Assembly (NCBI RefSeq): GCF_000014265.1 | Contig: NC_008312.1 | Coordinates: 5,010,001 to 5,042,000 of the forward strand | Source of the DNA: Trichodesmium erythraeum IMS101 | GTDB lineage: Bacteria > Cyanobacteriota > Cyanobacteriia > Cyanobacteriales > Microcoleaceae | DNA: 32,000 bases | Direction of reading: 5' to 3' | In this document: in pieces, positions 27,766-32,000 of the stretch | Position numbering within the stretch: position 1 is the stretch's first letter | Layout of the letters: the number at the start of each line of letters is the position of its first letter | Notes under the pieces: model-generated | What the model was told of the DNA's origin: nothing | Database searches by the model: none | What the model saw: only the letters and a program-made list of their open reading frames with translations | Program-made: the position numbers and the translations under genes

Positions 27766-28428
27766 AAGGTTACCTGATAATCAATTCATTTCTTAACATT
27801 CCTAATATACGGAATGTAGATCAAAGGTCATGCTGTGCAAAGATAACTGTATTAATTCTGCTTTGAGAATAATTCCTCCTTCCAATATAATGAGTTAATA
27901 ATTCATAGCTGAATGCTGATCTCTGAATGCTTAAGACATATAAGCTTAGTGATTCTATATATTCATACACTAAAGGTTCAAATTAAGCGAAGAGGATAAT
28001 ATTTTTTGGGGACAGAAGATAGAAGAAAGAAGACAGGAGATAATTTTTGCTACTAGAAAAAAAAATTTTTTTTTGAATAAAAAACTCTGCTTTTCTGCTC
28101 TGTCTATTTATTAGCTTTACCTTGATCAAGTCTTTTAATTAAATTTTCAAGTACCGAGTCATCCATGGGCAGAAGCAATACAGGAAAAAAGATTGAAAAA
28201 TCCTCCAAAATATCCAATATCTCCATTCTTACTCTTAATTTTGAAATATATTCCTTCACTTAACCCAAACTTGTCATGTTTTTCTACCTAGCTATAAAGC
28301 ACCATAGAGTTTAAAAAAAACAGTTTGACTTTTCTAAATCTAGGATTATTTTAACAAAAATTAATAAAAATTTATTGACATAATTTTTAGTTAATGCAAA
28401 GATTATAAATAGTGTTAACTATCCGTAG

Positions 28429-29751
<1,323 letters not shown>

Positions 29752-30141
29752 TGGTATTTACAGCCTTTCTTAAATGCTCAACCTTGATTTTTAGCTGGTG
29801 GTGTATTGCAGTTATTTTGGTTAGGAAAACAGTGGGAGTATCTTGTTCTTCTGTTAGGTATTTTGTTCCTATCCACCATTAGGGGAGGAAGACTACCTAT
29901 TTTTTTCATAGTAGATCACATATAATGTCCCTTAAAAATTTTGGTTGTAACAGTTATGTCTAAGGAATTTATAGTGGTTTTTACTTTCATTGATACAAGG
30001 AAAAATCTATATCTAACAAGGATTTTCAGTAACTGATTTGTAATATTCATTTTTTATATATGGTATCATCAATCTGAAAAGTACTCTTTTTGAATGAAAA
30101 CATGACTTCCTTTTGCTAAACAATATCTATATCTAAAATTT

Positions 30142-30150
30142 TGGTATAAT
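30142..30150 (+). promoter_or_regulatory. Extended -10 promoter element (TGgTATAAT) 32 nt upstream of the L25 start codon
   Basis: tggtataat lies at 30142-30150. Position and orientation fit a short leader for the L25 gene. Confidence 0.35.
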
Positions 30151-30181
30151 AAGTAAGCAAATTAAGAGAAAAAAAGTCAAG

Positions 30182-30490
30182 ATGGAAGTTACAGTAGAAT
30201 GTCAAAAAAGACCATTAGGAAGCAAAACTAAAGCTTTACGAAGGGAAGGATTAATTCCTGCAGTATTGTATGGTCATCAGCTTACAGAATCAGTTTCATT
30301 AACAATTGATATTAAGGAAGCGCAGCAGTTGTTAAAAAATGCTTCTACGAATAAGACTGTTATTGATCTTAAAGTTCCTGAGATTTCTTGGAATGGTAAA
30401 ACTCTTCTTAGGGAAGTTCAATATCATCCCTATAAATCTGAGATTTACCACCTGAGCTTTTTCTCCATAAGCGATCGCGGAGATACTTAA
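30182..30490 (+). CDS. rplY: 50S ribosomal protein L25 (short, single-domain form)
   Basis: ...KALRREGLIPAVLYGH... matches the L25/Ctc N-terminal domain signature. Length is 102 aa. Confidence 0.85.
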   Translation: MEVTVECQKRPLGSKTKALRREGLIPAVLYGHQLTESVSLTIDIKEAQQLLKNASTNKTVIDLKVPEISWNGKTLLREVQYHPYKSEIYHLSFFSISDRGDT

Positions 30491-30602
30491 TAAATAATAT
30501 TAAATCTGTTTGGGAGTAGAGTATTATTAAGAAACCAGGTTGATAGGAGACATACGTTAGTATGCTAAGAAACCTATAGCTAAAGTCAGAAATTTAGTTC
30601 AC

Positions 30603-30642
30603 AGCACAGACTAAATGTGAGATAGGTAAGAATGTCTGTGCT
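30603..30642. repeat. Inverted repeat (9-bp arms, 22-nt loop) in the ORF-free region
   Basis: agcacagac (30603-30611) is the reverse complement of gtctgtgct (30634-30642). Confidence 0.5.
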
Positions 30643-30802
30643 AGTAACGGCAACTGCTATAATACAAGACAGGCTTCTATATTTTATTGATACCAATACT
30701 ACTGGATTTAATATAATTGCGCGTCTATGGGGCTTGGTTATCAAGTCCCTATCGGCTATTATTTCAGGTATCAGTTATTACTTACACCAAATTTCCCAAG
30801 TG

Positions 30803-30829
30803 TAATATAGAATCCAGTTATATAATATA
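30803..30829 (+). repeat. Dispersed repeat taatatagaatccagttatataata, copy 2
   Basis: See 22504-22530. Confidence 0.85.
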
Positions 30830-30912
30830 TATTTATAATTCTATAATTACTTATTACTTCAATATTCTATCTCCCCACTTTCCCGGGAACCCCATCTCCC
30901 CGAATTATACAA

Positions 30913-30926
30913 TAAGTATTCAACCG
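30913..30926 (+). repeat. Dispersed 14-mer family copy (TAAGTATTCAACCG)
   Basis: Exact match to 13782-13795 and to the reverse complement of 25772-25785. Confidence 0.9.
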
Positions 30927-31270
30927 TATTTGATCTCAGAGGGTATTTTTATCAAGTAATAGCGTTGCTAAATAGGGGGTTAGCTTTTTTATACCTAGAC
31001 TTGTTGGTCTGAGCTTCCGAGTGAGAGAAACTGTGAAATTCCTTACCTCCCCTTGAAGTTGGAGACCTGAAATACATAATTTTCTTGACTATTTCTTTAA
31101 AAGGGGAAGCTAAAACCTTATTTATTATTTACTTTGATATCCTAGCGACATCAAATCAGAGATTATAATGTAAGATTTCCATCTATTAATTAAACAACCT
31201 AAGCTGTTCAAAAAACTGAAGGCAGATTAACAAATTATTGCTATTTGCTTGCTTTTTACAGAGAGACTGA

Positions 31271-31364
31271 TATAGTCATTCCGAATAAGAATAAGATACT
31301 TTTTCAGCTAAAACCCTTTAAAGCTAGAAAAAACTTGTCTCAATTAATCACCAGAATGACTATA
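31271..31364. repeat. 94-bp element bounded by perfect 11-bp terminal inverted repeats (MITE-like or long hairpin)
   Basis: tatagtcattc (31271-31281) is the reverse complement of gaatgactata (31354-31364). Confidence 0.5.
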
Positions 31365-31432
31365 ACTGCTCCGTGTCTGTTTAATTGTCGACCGTCGACC
31401 GTCGGTGACTATATCAAAAAGTGAATGAGAAA

Positions 31433-32000
31433 TTAGGCATTAATTATTTGTTGAACTTTATCGGCCCAAGACCCTTCTAAACGTGGACCTTGAATTTGTA
31501 CAACGTTAGAAGCTAGATAATTTCCCCAACGTGCAGCTTGAGTAGGTTCATAACCATGAGTAAGACCATATAACACACCTCCAGCAAAAGCATCTCCTGC
31601 ACCAACAGTATCGATCGCCGTTGCATTAAACCCAGGTACGGAAGTAATTTGTTTATCCTTAACAACTAAACAACCTTCCTTGCCATTGGTAATAAAAGCT
31701 GTTTCTACCAACTCTCCTATACTTTTTGCAGAGTCATCTAAAGAGTCTTTTTTGCAAAAACTACGGGCTTCATCAGCATTACAGAATAATACATCACAAT
31801 AATCTAAAAGTAATGAACGGAACTCATCAGCGAACATATCTACTAGGAACTGATCTGAGAAGGTAAAACAAACTTTTACTTTTTCATCCTTAGAATATTG
31901 CATAGCTTGCTTACAAGCTTCTTTTGTACTGTCTCCAGTCCACAAATAACCTTCTACATAACTATATTTGCAACGCTTAATTTGTTCTACATCAATATCA
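31433..32000 (-). CDS. PfkB-family carbohydrate/nucleoside kinase (adenosine-kinase-like), C-terminal part. The 5' end lies beyond the window end.
   Basis: PfkB signature DTVGAGDAFAGGVLYGL is present. The frame stays open upstream of the track's first start, to nt 31999: ...DIDVEQIKRCKYSYVEGYLWTGDSTKEA. The gene is therefore truncated by the window edge. Confidence 0.88.
   Translation of the reverse strand, partial: DIDVEQIKRCKYSYVEGYLWTGDSTKEACKQAMQYSKDEKVKVCFTFSDQFLVDMFADEFRSLLLDYCDVLFCNADEARSFCKKDSLDDSAKSIGELVETAFITNGKEGCLVVKDKQITSVPGFNATAIDTVGAGDAFAGGVLYGLTHGYEPTQAARWGNYLASNVVQIQGPRLEGSWADKVQQIINA

Noticed and set aside
28057-28074. A9T9 perfect palindrome
   Set aside because: Homopolymer runs like this are common in very AT-rich intergenic DNA. 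There is no flanking GC stem to make a terminator. It is noted but not informative.
30717-30959. 80-aa plus-strand ORF in the L25-kinase gap
   Set aside because: It has a TTG start. It spans two dispersed repeat copies and a low-complexity Y/I/N-rich translation, so it is most likely a by-product of repeat sequence.

Overview
This is an AT-rich cyanobacterial chromosome segment. The HIP1 octamer GCGATCGC occurs at least 15 times by eye. Only about 65% of the window lies in convincing CDSs, and eight ORF-poor gaps span 0.5-1.8 kb. That architecture resembles Trichodesmium-type genomes, but this is inference only.

I support 19 CDSs.
- Housekeeping genes: rseP-type site-2 protease, endonuclease III, ribosomal proteins S14 and L25, Leu/Phe-tRNA-protein transferase, purA, an adenosine-deaminase-family protein, a PfkB kinase, a CrtISO-like FAD oxidoreductase and an extended SDR.
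- An arsenic module, all on the minus strand: ACR3, then an 0.8 kb repeat-filled spacer, then GAPDH-arsJ.
- A secreted RNase T2 carrying a perfect in-frame duplication, a pentapeptide-repeat protein, and a very AT-rich 557-aa orphan.
- At the left edge, a 1349-aa single polypeptide joins a TpsA-like passenger (TPS domain plus beta-helix) to a TpsB-like translocator (POTRA plus ShlB barrel). A secreted TPR protein that runs off the window follows it.

I saw no tRNA, rRNA, CRISPR array, transposase or recognisable defence genes.

The most unusual items are the fused two-partner-secretion gene with its TPR partner, the orphan 557-aa gene in a low-coding AT-rich block, and several short repeat families. 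These include an exact 14-mer TAAGTATTCAACCG at three intergenic sites and 11-, 12-, ~102- and ~121-bp tandem arrays in ORF-free DNA. I cannot show that any of these is a new biological system; all functional calls come from motif recognition by eye.
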